From contig CBDBFU010000020.1 of assembly GCA_965205025.1 (NCBI GenBank), forward strand, positions 288,001 through 352,000: a stretch of DNA of 64,000 bases, written 5' to 3'. Within the stretch, counting starts at the first letter, position 1, and each line of letters opens with the position of its first letter. Below the pieces are notes generated by a model, which saw nothing but the letters and a program-made list of their open reading frames with translations, was not told the origin of the DNA and did no database searches. Positions 21,308 through 30,905 of the stretch are shown here, one piece after another. A program made the translations under genes and the position numbers. Source of the DNA: Candidatus Poribacteria bacterium (GTDB lineage: Bacteria > Poribacteria > WGA-4E > WGA-3G).

Positions 21308-24300
21308 TTATTTCATTAAATACATTTTACGGGTAGCCGTGAAGTTCCCTGCAGAAATTGTATAAAAATATACTCCACTTGCTACAATTTCACCAATTTC
21401 ATTCTTACCATCCCAATATGCAGCCCGACTACGACTCTTATAGAGACCAGCAGACTGATTACCTAATGCCAGTGTTCGAACTTTCGTTCCGTATGCACTA
21501 TAAATTGTCAGAACGACCTGTGTAGATTCTGAAAGTTGGTATGGAATCCATGTTTCAGGATTGAATGGATTAGGATATGCTGGAAGTAGTGCAGTTTGTT
21601 CTGGTACTACAACTAATTCTAACAAGAGGTTCAGTTTTTGAAGTCCTTGTTTAAAAACTGTTGATCCATCATCAGCTGCTTCTGCTTCATAGATCCACTT
21701 CTTGATTATTTCAGTTGTCAATTTATAAGGATCTGATGTCAGTAAAGCAGGTGCAGATGTTACTGATTCACCCAATGATTGTGCTACCATCACTAAATCA
21801 ATTATATCTATACTCCCATCATTATTCACATCAGCGTCTGGATTATCTGCCACATCGTCTCCAATTGATTGTGCAACCATTACTATATCCCTTATATCAA
21901 CCTCTCCATCCTTATTAATATCAGTTGGAAGATACGTGGAATCATCACCCATCACAAGGACAAGATATTCGGGTGCTACATTTGGCAAAGGATTTCCATG
22001 ACTTGAACCTACTTCAAAATCTTCAAGAGTGATTAGACTTTCACCAGGACCAATTACTGAAAAGACTATGGAACATAATGTGCCTTTTCCATTAACACTT
22101 TCTTCTGAAATGAGAATTGAATTTATATTTTTGACTTTTCCAATTTCATTATCTATAGTTCCACTATGAAACCGTGTAGTATCTTCTTCTGATTTTAGGA
22201 AATTGCCTTCATTCACTTCATCTACCTGTAGCACCTCTGAATTATAAATGAGATCTCCTTGCCATCCTGCCAAGTTTTTCGCATTTTCCACTATCAAATT
22301 GAGGGTAAAGGAATCTCCTATCTCGAAATTTGTAGTATCAGTATCAAATAAGAATCTAAGGTTAGGTTTAAATACTTTATATTTTGCGTCAGTTGCAAAT
22401 CCAAAATTACCGCCAAAACTACCATGTCCATGATTATCAATTGCGACTAATAATGCGTTTTTTCCTTGTATTAAAGTTACAGGAAAAACAGCATCGTAAT
22501 TTCCAGCACCCCGTGTGATAAATGCCTTATGTACCAATTCTCCGTTAAGCCAAACTTTGACGGAATCATTGCTTCCAACAAACATCTGAGTTTTTTGTTC
22601 AGTTGGAGAATCCAATATAGTAGCCCCGTAAACAATATGGTCATATATCTCACTTCCTGTACCCCAACCGAGTGATTCTGTCATTTCATTTATATTGTCT
22701 CCACTGGTAGAGATATTCGACCAGGTCCAAACACTATCTCCAACAGGTTTCCCGGCTGTTGCACCATTTGTAGACACCTTAATTTCAGTAGCAGCCCCAC
22801 CCGTTGCACGTGCCAGAAAATCAGTTATATCATCAAGACGTGTTCCTGGAACAATTGCCCATAACCAAGGTCCTGTAATTTGTGGTCCACCAATTGGAAA
22901 AGCAGGATTGCCAGATGTACGGACGAATGTGTTATCAGAAAATGCTTCTATAACCGAAAAATCTTTAATGGCATTATTGCGTACATCCAATCTATTTAGG
23001 TTAGTTAACCCACTGAGAGAGGATATATCTGTAATAATATTATTTTCAAGATATAAGACTTCTAATTTCTTCAGTTCAGCGAGTGGCGTTACGTCTGTAA
23101 TGAGATTTGCATCCAGATTTAGTATTGTTAAATTCTTTAGATTACTCAGAGGTCTCAAATCTTTGATATTATTATTAATTAACTCTAACCACTCCAGTTG
23201 GGTGAATTCTGAGAGAGTTGTCAGATCAGAAAAACTACATCCGTGAATTTCTAAACGGGTTAATGACTTTAGTCCCTTAAGAGTTGGGAGTTTTGTAATC
23301 CGTTTATCATTACCATATTCAACCCAATTCAAGCTTGGTAATGATTTTAAAGAGGAAAAATCGGAGATTGGTGTCTGCCATGCATCAATTCTATTTAAGC
23401 TTGTTAAGTTTGCGAGTGGTGAAATGTCCTCAATTGGGTTTCCAGAAATACCGATACCTTCTAATTTAACTAATCCTGATAGTGGTGTTAGATCAGTAAT
23501 CTGGTTACCTTCAAGACCTAACCAATCAACATTCGTTAAGTTCGCTAATGGAGTAACATCAGTAATATTATTTCCACGCAATTTAATGTTATTCAAACGA
23601 GTTAATTCAGTGAGAGGAGATAGATCAGAAATGGAGTTGTTTCTGAATTCTATTCGTTCTAAGTTTTTTGCATATTCAAGACCTGTTAGATAGATAATTT
23701 CTTTGTTATCAGCATCAATACGTGTAATTCGTTTCATCTCTTCCTTGGTAATTCTTGCACCGAATGGTTTATCAAGAATTTCCTCAATTACAGCTCGGAG
23801 GTTCAGATCAGGAATATAGACGATAGGATCATCAGGATCAGGTATGGGATCAGGTATAGGATCAGGTATAGGATCAAGATCTGGATACAGTCCATCTACG
23901 ACGTCTGGAAATACTGAAGTCCATGTATCCCTTTTTATTCTTTGATTTCCAGTGGCAAGTGTACCGACAATATTTTTTAAGTCTTGATTATTCTCAATTT
24001 TATCTAAGAACACAGGTGTTTCTAATCCTACCGAAGCTGCGGCGTATTTTACATCGAGTGATCTATAAAAGTTAGTATGGAATCTTTGTATTGGTTCGTT
24101 CTCAAGGTTATCAAGGAATCGTGTTTTTAATTGCTCATTTTCAAATGGTCCACCAATACTAATTAATGCCTGTTGAAATTTTTGTGTGTCTTGTTCAAGC
24201 AGATTATTTAGAACTGCTTGTTCTGGGTATAATCGTAATGCTTGAGCTTTGTCATATATAGGATTTTCGGCATTTTCAATTACAGCCCGTACTTCATCTT

Positions 24301-25552
24301 CAAATTTTCTCATTCCCTCTGTATGACATCCGATACAGGAGAGTCCATTTCGAACAGCTGGATCATCAGCAAGAGGATTTGATACGATATCTGTAGGTGC
24401 TACATCAAGACGGTTTCCAACAGCATCAACGAGGAAATACGCCTGTAACCCATTCGGTAAATTGAAGATTATTTCTCCGCCATCATGTTTAAATGATATA
24501 GGATGTTGGAAGATGTTCTGTACTCCGGAACTTCCGGCAAAATCGTAACTTTTCCAATATGCTCCATATTGAGATTTATGCCGTTCAACAACGCGATTGT
24601 GGTTCGATACTCCAGAGTCATTGAATCCTGCACGCCAGACGGAAACTCCCGGTGAGGTTTGGATATTTTCAGCCACATCAATATCAAGTACGTCCTCCAA
24701 TTCACGATCAGTCTGGGGTAATCCTAAAATGTCGTTATATAATGGAGGTAATGATGCTGTAGCAAGAAACCAATCCACATATATATAGGGTATTTGACAA
24801 TTCATATCATTTCGTAGATTTGTAATTTTATCCAACAGTTCTGTTTGTGTTTCTGGATTAAAATTAATAGTATATGGATAGACTGATTCAAGCTGTGACC
24901 ACCGATTCGGATCATCCTGCCACTTATAATGTCGTAGATCAATATAATAAACAGTATTGTCCGAATCAATTGGTGTTGGATTGATGATATCTACTTCCCA
25001 TGAAAGACTGTTTACTAATTTAGAAAGAGCAATTTGATAGTCATATAGTGTCTGATTGTTTTCACCTGAGTTATAGAGATGGGTTAATGTAAAATATCGT
25101 GCATAGGGACGGTCAAACGAGTCTAGTGAATTTAAGTGTTGTTGTATGATATCAAGCATTTGTTCAATGGAGATGAAATTTTTATCTTCAGAGTGGTTCC
25201 AATCAGGTGCTCCTGCAAGAATCCATTGACGAATAGTCTCAATGTCTTTTGTGGGTAACGGTTCACCACCCTGTGGCATAAGTAAATTACTTTCCTTAGG
25301 TACAATTAGTCGTTTGTATAGTTCTGATTCATTAGGATTATTAGGGATAACCGTCATTGTTTCAATGAGGTTGTTGTATTCAATCAATAAATTATCCTTA
25401 TATGGACCTTCTTCCCCATGACAAACCGAACAATTTTGTTCTAAAATAGTGTATGCATCTTGTGCAAGACTCAGTTGTGCTTTAGAATGCTGACAAGTTG
25501 AAAAAACAAAATAAAGACAAATTAAAATTATATTATATTTCCGTATTTGCAT
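21308..25552 (-). CDS. Secreted c-type cytochrome-LRR-cohesin-dockerin-CTD protein
   Basis: Signal peptide; CSVCH (planctomycete cytochrome C-like) and CIGCH heme motifs; DPIP linker; LRRs; cohesin-like 'LAGWQ.DL.Y...L....V.EG.FL'; dockerin; CTD. Confidence 0.82.
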   Translation of the reverse strand: MQIRKYNIILICLYFVFSTCQHSKAQLSLAQDAYTILEQNCSVCHGEEGPYKDNLLIEYNNLIETMTVIPNNPNESELYKRLIVPKESNLLMPQGGEPLPTKDIETIRQWILAGAPDWNHSEDKNFISIEQMLDIIQQHLNSLDSFDRPYARYFTLTHLYNSGENNQTLYDYQIALSKLVNSLSWEVDIINPTPIDSDNTVYYIDLRHYKWQDDPNRWSQLESVYPYTINFNPETQTELLDKITNLRNDMNCQIPYIYVDWFLATASLPPLYNDILGLPQTDRELEDVLDIDVAENIQTSPGVSVWRAGFNDSGVSNHNRVVERHKSQYGAYWKSYDFAGSSGVQNIFQHPISFKHDGGEIIFNLPNGLQAYFLVDAVGNRLDVAPTDIVSNPLADDPAVRNGLSCIGCHTEGMRKFEDEVRAVIENAENPIYDKAQALRLYPEQAVLNNLLEQDTQKFQQALISIGGPFENEQLKTRFLDNLENEPIQRFHTNFYRSLDVKYAAASVGLETPVFLDKIENNQDLKNIVGTLATGNQRIKRDTWTSVFPDVVDGLYPDLDPIPDPIPDPIPDPDDPIVYIPDLNLRAVIEEILDKPFGARITKEEMKRITRIDADNKEIIYLTGLEYAKNLERIEFRNNSISDLSPLTELTRLNNIKLRGNNITDVTPLANLTNVDWLGLEGNQITDLTPLSGLVKLEGIGISGNPIEDISPLANLTSLNRIDAWQTPISDFSSLKSLPSLNWVEYGNDKRITKLPTLKGLKSLTRLEIHGCSFSDLTTLSEFTQLEWLELINNNIKDLRPLSNLKNLTILNLDANLITDVTPLAELKKLEVLYLENNIITDISSLSGLTNLNRLDVRNNAIKDFSVIEAFSDNTFVRTSGNPAFPIGGPQITGPWLWAIVPGTRLDDITDFLARATGGAATEIKVSTNGATAGKPVGDSVWTWSNISTSGDNINEMTESLGWGTGSEIYDHIVYGATILDSPTEQKTQMFVGSNDSVKVWLNGELVHKAFITRGAGNYDAVFPVTLIQGKNALLVAIDNHGHGSFGGNFGFATDAKYKVFKPNLRFLFDTDTTNFEIGDSFTLNLIVENAKNLAGWQGDLIYNSEVLQVDEVNEGNFLKSEEDTTRFHSGTIDNEIGKVKNINSILISEESVNGKGTLCSIVFSVIGPGESLITLEDFEVGSSHGNPLPNVAPEYLVLVMGDDSTYLPTDINKDGEVDIRDIVMVAQSIGDDVADNPDADVNNDGSIDIIDLVMVAQSLGESVTSAPALLTSDPYKLTTEIIKKWIYEAEAADDGSTVFKQGLQKLNLLLELVVVPEQTALLPAYPNPFNPETWIPYQLSESTQVVLTIYSAYGTKVRTLALGNQSAGLYKSRSRAAYWDGKNEIGEIVASGVYFYTISAGNFTATRKMYLMK

Positions 25553-25619
25553 GTTAACTCCTAATATATTTTTATTTATGTAATTGAGATCAGAAATTCA
25601 TATTTCATATTAGCACTTT

Positions 25620-27650
25620 TCATTTAATAATTAACATCTTTCTTGTAGCAGAATAATTATCTGTAGTTAACGTGTAGTAATATATTCCACTTGAAACTCT
25701 TTCACCATAAGAGTTTTTCCCGTTCCAATAAGCTGCTTGTGTAGGACTTGTATAGAACCCCGCATCTTTATAGCCTAATTCAAGTGTGCGTATTATCATT
25801 CCGCCTGTATTATATATAGTTATTGTTACCTCTGTAGGTTTCCCAAGATGGAATGGGATCCATGTTTCGGGATTAAATGGGTTTGGATAGTTATTGAGTA
25901 ATATTGTATTTGCAGGATTTAAAGATGTAAGTAATTCTTGTAGTTTTGCAATACCCTTTAGAAAGGAGATTGAACCATCATTAATAGTTTGTGCCTTTGC
26001 TATCCATGTATTGATCATTAAAGACATTAATTCTTTAGTTGATGTCTTTTTTGAGTATATAATATTAGAGGGAGCGACTGTTGTATCATCGATATTTTGT
26101 GCAATAGCAATAATGTCTAAGATACCGATTGTACCATCCTTATTAATATCTGACTCTGGACTAACAGATGCATTCTCTCTTAAATATTGTGCAACATGTA
26201 ACAAATCTAATATATTCACTTTTCCATCCTGATTTACATCCCATAGACTGTATTCACGGTTCTCTATTGTGATTTTTAGATTTGGAAAATTAAGTGGAAT
26301 ACCTGCAAGGATGTTTGAACCAGCCTGTAAACTTGTTAACTTTATTTCTGTTTCTCCAATTTTAATTGCAGTAAATTTTATAGACAATAACCTTCCTGTA
26401 CCGGAAACACCACCATCTGAAAATCTTGCAGCACCAAGTTTTATAATCTTACCTGTTATGTTATCAACACTATAATCTAGAAAGTAAGATCTCCCACCAT
26501 CATCTTTTAGGAAATTACCCTCAATTACTTCATCAACTGTCAGATATTCAGGATCATACACCATGTCACATAACCATCCTGACAGATCAATGACATTTTC
26601 TATATTTAGATGTAACAAGAAGGTATCATGAATTTGTATTGGTTGATTATCTATGCTAAATGAAAGAGACGGTATATTTCCATTAATAGTGGATTGTTTC
26701 TCAACGGTGATGGAAATCTCAGGTAGAATCAATTGAACTGGTTCTAAATCGCTTGTAGTTGCTTTAAAATTGAGGATTTGTATTTGTGAATTCCCAATTG
26801 CCTTAGCCGTAAACATCACTGAAAATAAGTTTCCTGTACCGCTTACGCCACTACTGGAAAGTGTTGCAATTATTTTAGTAATATTGCCTATATTATTATC
26901 AATAATACCTCCTTGAAAGAAGGGAGAATTTCCTCCCTTTTTTAAGAAATCCCCTAAAACCACCTGATTAGCTTCAAGTATATTAGGATCGAATGATAAT
27001 TCACTTTGCCATCCAAATAAATCTGTAGCATCATCTATATTGATATTTAGTGTAAACTGATCACCTTCTATAATAGGAACATCATCAATCGTGTAAGATA
27101 ATTGAGGGTCATTACTTTCGTCTGGCAATTTTTCTTCTATAGTAATGACAATCTCAGGAGGAGTTATGGATATAACATCTAAATTGCTATTAGTTCCTTT
27201 AACATTTTCAATTTGTATCTGAGTTTCACCGTTTTCTATTACAGTAAAAACAACTGAAAACAATCTACCAGTGCCATTAACTCCTACAGTTGAGAGTGCT
27301 CCAAGAAGTTTAGTAATTTCACCTGCTTCATTATCAATTTTACCACTCTGAAAGAAAGGTATTTCCCCACCTTGTTTCAAGAAATCGCCTCCAATGACTT
27401 CTACGGCTTCAAGTATTTCTGGATCAAACAGGATCTTACATTGCCAACCTGATAAGTCATCGACATCTTCAATGTTGATGTGAAGCGTAAAATTTTCACC
27501 AATTTGAAGATTTGCTTCATCCAAAGAGTACGAAAGTTTCGTTGATTCAGTTTGAGCATCAATTGATAGAGGATATATTAACAAGAAAAATAGATAAATA
27601 GGTATTGTGGTAATTATTATCAACTTAGTATTCACTATATATTTTAACAA
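25620..27650 (-). CDS. Mini-scaffoldin-like protein: three cohesin-like repeats + dockerin + CTD
   Basis: Three repeats of 'F.L..NI....DL.GW...(F/Y)DP..L....V..G.FLK..G...F.....DN..G.I.K.....G.G.L.S..F'; DVNQDG/DINKDG dockerin; CTD. Confidence 0.82.
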   Translation of the reverse strand: MLKYIVNTKLIIITTIPIYLFFLLIYPLSIDAQTESTKLSYSLDEANLQIGENFTLHINIEDVDDLSGWQCKILFDPEILEAVEVIGGDFLKQGGEIPFFQSGKIDNEAGEITKLLGALSTVGVNGTGRLFSVVFTVIENGETQIQIENVKGTNSNLDVISITPPEIVITIEEKLPDESNDPQLSYTIDDVPIIEGDQFTLNINIDDATDLFGWQSELSFDPNILEANQVVLGDFLKKGGNSPFFQGGIIDNNIGNITKIIATLSSSGVSGTGNLFSVMFTAKAIGNSQIQILNFKATTSDLEPVQLILPEISITVEKQSTINGNIPSLSFSIDNQPIQIHDTFLLHLNIENVIDLSGWLCDMVYDPEYLTVDEVIEGNFLKDDGGRSYFLDYSVDNITGKIIKLGAARFSDGGVSGTGRLLSIKFTAIKIGETEIKLTSLQAGSNILAGIPLNFPNLKITIENREYSLWDVNQDGKVNILDLLHVAQYLRENASVSPESDINKDGTIGILDIIAIAQNIDDTTVAPSNIIYSKKTSTKELMSLMINTWIAKAQTINDGSISFLKGIAKLQELLTSLNPANTILLNNYPNPFNPETWIPFHLGKPTEVTITIYNTGGMIIRTLELGYKDAGFYTSPTQAAYWNGKNSYGERVSSGIYYYTLTTDNYSATRKMLIIK

Positions 27651-27840
27651 CCTTTATTGAGAAAATTAATTGGTAGTGTTATGGTATGGAATGTCAGATT
27701 TCTCCATCTCTCAATCCATCTATATGAGACCATAACAACTGTTCTATTATGTCTTCTATATTCTATCACTTTTATTCAATTGTCCATAGAATTATTTGTA
27801 TCGCAATATCGCACGCCAATCAGAAAATTAAAAATAGGAT

Positions 27841-29148
27841 TTAAACCTCGTTACGGACGTCTATTTTACCGGTCACTGCTTCTGAGATAAGGGATTGTCG
27901 GTATTCTTTGAGGAGTTCAACTTTCTGTTGTTCTGCTAATACCAGTTCGTCAATTTGTTTTATTCTTTGGTCAAGTATGTTTGCGATTTGTTCTTGTTCA
28001 GATAACGGGGGATACGGAACAATCATATCCTTGAAATCTTCGAATCTTAATTCCCATTGTCCTGTTCTAATTCCATAAGACAACCTTTTATACTCCTGAA
28101 TATATGAATTAGACCTTAATAAATAATGGAAGTATTTTCCAAAGAAAGATTTCTTAGGTTTGCAAACAGTATAAGCCGGACTAACAATTCCTCTATATTC
28201 AGAGATTCCCAATGAACCTTGCCAACATTTCATTTTATTAAACACAAAATCCCCTGGTTCAACAAGCTTATAATTTGATGTATCTTCAGATATTCTGTTG
28301 TGATTATCGTCTCTACTATCTCTCCTAATGACACCATAATCTCTGTAAACTGATAAATTGATTTCCCCAGTAGTATTCTTTATATGCTTTAATTCAAACA
28401 GATTCGTACACCTAATTGTAATCCAATGCTTTGGTAAATCTCCAATCCATTCCACTCCCGATGGTTTCATCTCTACATGGGGGTCAAGTCCTTTTGTCAC
28501 TGCATAATTTATGAGTGCTGTGCGTTGTTCTTGTAGGAGTTCTATCTTTCGTTCTTTGATGCGTATGATTTCGTCAATTTGTTCTGTTTTTTGGTCAAGG
28601 AAGTTGGCGATTTGGGTTTGTTCTTGGTAAACCGGTATGGGAATCTGAAAATTCTCAACAAATTCAGTCGGTACTCGTTTAAGACCAACTGCGCTGGTCA
28701 TAAAATGTTTGCCAATACTACGAAGTGGATCACTGCGTAAAATATAATACAAAAAAGGGGGAAATACCCGTTGCAGATCAGGACGAATGACAATAAATTC
28801 AGTCGAGCCAAACCCAACTGAGGTCGCCAAATTCTTTATGCGTACAATCTTTCCATTTTCAAAACACGGAGTTACTTTTGCTATAAGAATATCACCTTCC
28901 TCAAAGTAAGTGTAACCATTTTTCAGTTGAGAATAAGGTGACCTTAATTCTTGGTCAATCGTCCCATCAGTCTGAACCCTTTCCATTGGAAGAAATACTA
29001 CAGGTTCATCATTAAGATGAGTGGTTTTGGAATTAGTCTTAGAAGGATTACTGGAACCTACTTGTTTAACTTTTAGAACTTTCCAGTGATTCGGGATCTC
29101 TCCAATCCAATCCACACCGCTGTCTTTATATTCAGGGTAACTTTTCAT
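27841..29148 (-). CDS. hsdS: Type I restriction-modification specificity subunit (orphan)
   Basis: Twice 'K.SGV.WIG.(I/L)P.HW', two TRDs, 'EQ.QIA..LDQ....IDE', 'LISEAVTGKIDV'. Confidence 0.93.
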   Translation of the reverse strand: MKSYPEYKDSGVDWIGEIPNHWKVLKVKQVGSSNPSKTNSKTTHLNDEPVVFLPMERVQTDGTIDQELRSPYSQLKNGYTYFEEGDILIAKVTPCFENGKIVRIKNLATSVGFGSTEFIVIRPDLQRVFPPFLYYILRSDPLRSIGKHFMTSAVGLKRVPTEFVENFQIPIPVYQEQTQIANFLDQKTEQIDEIIRIKERKIELLQEQRTALINYAVTKGLDPHVEMKPSGVEWIGDLPKHWITIRCTNLFELKHIKNTTGEINLSVYRDYGVIRRDSRDDNHNRISEDTSNYKLVEPGDFVFNKMKCWQGSLGISEYRGIVSPAYTVCKPKKSFFGKYFHYLLRSNSYIQEYKRLSYGIRTGQWELRFEDFKDMIVPYPPLSEQEQIANILDQRIKQIDELVLAEQQKVELLKEYRQSLISEAVTGKIDVRNEV

Positions 29149-29175
29149 AATTCTAATACCTTTTTGTCTGAATCT

Positions 29176-29202
29176 CGGATTACGCGGATTACACGGATAT
29201 CA
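29176..29202 (+). repeat. 9-bp tandem repeat (cggattacg/cggattaca/cggatatca)
   Basis: Seen directly, between the hsdS start and module A. Confidence 0.7.
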
Positions 29203-29685
29203 CATATTAGATCGGTAGATTTCAACTTGATTACATTGTTAGACTTTGTTTATTTTGGTCTTGAAAATTCTCTTCAATAACTGATTCATCTGGTTGTTAA
29301 AAAGGTATAAAATCAGACATTTAATCCTAATATACAGACAAAAATTAATCCTAAAAACAGACATTTAATCCTAAATACTGAGACAGTTGATCGAGTTGTT
29401 GTTGCATTTCTCTATGCCTCGAAAAAATGAAAAAAGTTACACTTTTTGTCACTCGGTGTGACATTGAAATTGACACAAATTATACCTATAACGCCTGTCA
29501 TAGACTGCGTTTACGGCACTATGAATTGATTTTATAAGAATTTCAAAAAAATGTGATTTTGTGTTTTTGTTGTTCTTACGGATTTTGGTGCTCTCTACCG
29601 TTAAAAAGGTATGCTTTTTTGACGTAAATGAAACTTTGTAATTAGGATCGTTTTTATAGATAGTCATAAGTTTTAGTTATTGGTA
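29201..29685 (+). repeat. Non-coding module A, copy 1 (contains three ~17-bp direct repeats cagacatttaatcctaa at 29314-29385)
   Basis: Aligns by eye with 32845..~33303, strongly to ~29565 and weakly after. Confidence 0.85.
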
Positions 29686-29687
29686 TT

Positions 29688-29836
29688 TATAGTAAACTTT
29701 AGATTTAATTAGACACTTTACTTGTAGGAGCGACCTCCTGGTCGCGACCGGGAGGTCGCTCCTACAGAAGAGGTGTGGGACGCGAACGTAAGTTGAGCCA
29801 ATAGAAAATGTAGTATTCATTTTATTGTTTACTATA
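29688..29836. mobile_element. 149-bp TA-bounded IR element carrying a GTAG REP doublet (core hairpin 29723..29766)
   Basis: Ends TATAGTAAAC / GTTTACTATA; core tGTAGgagcgacctcc...ggaggtcgctcCTACa. Confidence 0.75.
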
Positions 29837-29854
29837 GTTATTTTTCTAACCCGT

Positions 29855-29991
29855 AATTTATTTTCATTTTGAGAAAAATTATTACTATGTTTTTCTGTTT
29901 TTGTGATATATATCTATGTTAGTTGTTAGAGATGCATGTTTTCTTCATATTTTATTTATGAAAATGTTTGATCCGTTTCATTTAATGCTTG
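29855..29991 (+). repeat. Non-coding module B, copy 1
   Basis: attactatgtttt..gtgatata..tatgttagttgttagagatg...tgtttgatccgtt..atttaatgcttg repeated at ~34010..34152. Confidence 0.85.
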
Positions 29992-30295
29992 TTAATGTCA
30001 TTAACTTTACATACCCTGCAATTGCGCAATTGATTCGGTAGGAAAATCGGATACTCTTTTCGCTTAGATTACTATTGTAGGACAATCTTGGTTAGATAGT
30101 GGACAAACTTACTAATGACAGTATATTCTATAGTTGAATTACTCGTTGTACCTGTCAGGTATAGACACAAAATTTAATTTGATGAGTCATTTTTGCTCTG
30201 TTCAGTTTTTTCTAAATCTTCTTTCTTTTTCATTTGTTTCTTAGTGAAGTGTCAACGGTAATTCAGACCACAAAACCAGCAAAATTATGACAAGT

Positions 30296-30418
30296 TAGGA
30301 CTTACGCAAGCACAATGAATTTCATTATTACGAATGCGTCTGCTTTTGAAAAACACACGTATTTACAAAGTCCTTATGTTTGTAGTCTGGGGATTATCGC
30401 TGTCTATGTTAAGTCCTA
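30296..30418. mobile_element. 123-bp TA-bounded IR element (MITE-like)
   Basis: TAGGACTTACGCA ... TGTTAAGTCCTA; the right end supplies the antitoxin stop codon. Confidence 0.55.
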
Positions 30419-30775
30419 TTTACGCGGACTCCGTAATAGATCGTGTAACACTGGATTGGACGTTATTTCTGTCGGTGGCAGATTAATGGGGAACACTCCT
30501 CCAAAAGAGGCGAAAATTGAACTAAGGATATGAAGAGATGGCATGGAGCCATTGTTTACAATGTCTGAAAGTAAGGTCGGATCAATGTTAACTTGTTCTG
30601 AAATGTTATGAATCCCACCTTGTGCTTCTATTACATTTTTTATTCCCTTTAGAAAAAATGCTTTGTCGCCATCATCTAAATATTCTTCAAGAGAAACTTC
30701 AAGATATCCGACAACATCTTCTGGATAAGAAAGACGTTCCATTAAAATTTCATGCCATGTTCTAAATCGTTCCAT
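30416..30775 (-). CDS. Addiction-module antidote (HTH antitoxin, TIGR02684-like)
   Basis: 'YL..SLEE...DGD...FL..I..VIEAQGGI..IS......T.L......G..P.L..L..I'; start set at MERF with AAGGA RBS. Confidence 0.75.
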   Translation of the reverse strand: MERFRTWHEILMERLSYPEDVVGYLEVSLEEYLDDGDKAFFLKGIKNVIEAQGGIHNISEQVNIDPTLLSDIVNNGSMPSLHILSSIFASFGGVFPINLPPTEITSNPVLHDLLRSPRK

Positions 30776-30845
30776 GGTTATGTTCCTTGTATCTTTGTTC
30801 GGCATCTAACGAATATTCTTTTGCTCGTTCAATCTTTCCACCAAG
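30762..30845 (-). pseudogene. C-terminal remnant of a RelE/HigB-type addiction-module killer (TIGR02683-like)
   Basis: Minus-strand frame reads LGGKIERAKEYSLDAEQRYKEHNHGTI*, like killer-protein 'GGDK..Q..DI..AK.YW..YK'; overlaps the antidote start; no N-terminus. Confidence 0.5.
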
Positions 30846-30905
30846 TTCTGCCTTCAGCGTGTAGGTGCTATGATTATGGTGTTATAACTTTAATTTCCCT
30901 TCTAT

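Noticed and set aside
20342-23693. Long antisense ORFs over the LRR genes (also 54648..55229 and many short ones)
   Set aside because: Shadow frames of well-supported coding genes
23835-23876. 12-bp tandem repeat
   Set aside because: In-frame DPIP linker, not a regulatory or mobile repeat
27657-27890. 77-aa + strand ORF (also 29086..29280, 30315..30533, 61809..61994)
   Set aside because: Overlap real genes or repeats antisense; no recognisable motifs
29449-29667. 72-aa ORF in module A
   Set aside because: Lies in a non-coding repeat whose other copies carry indels; no protein motifs
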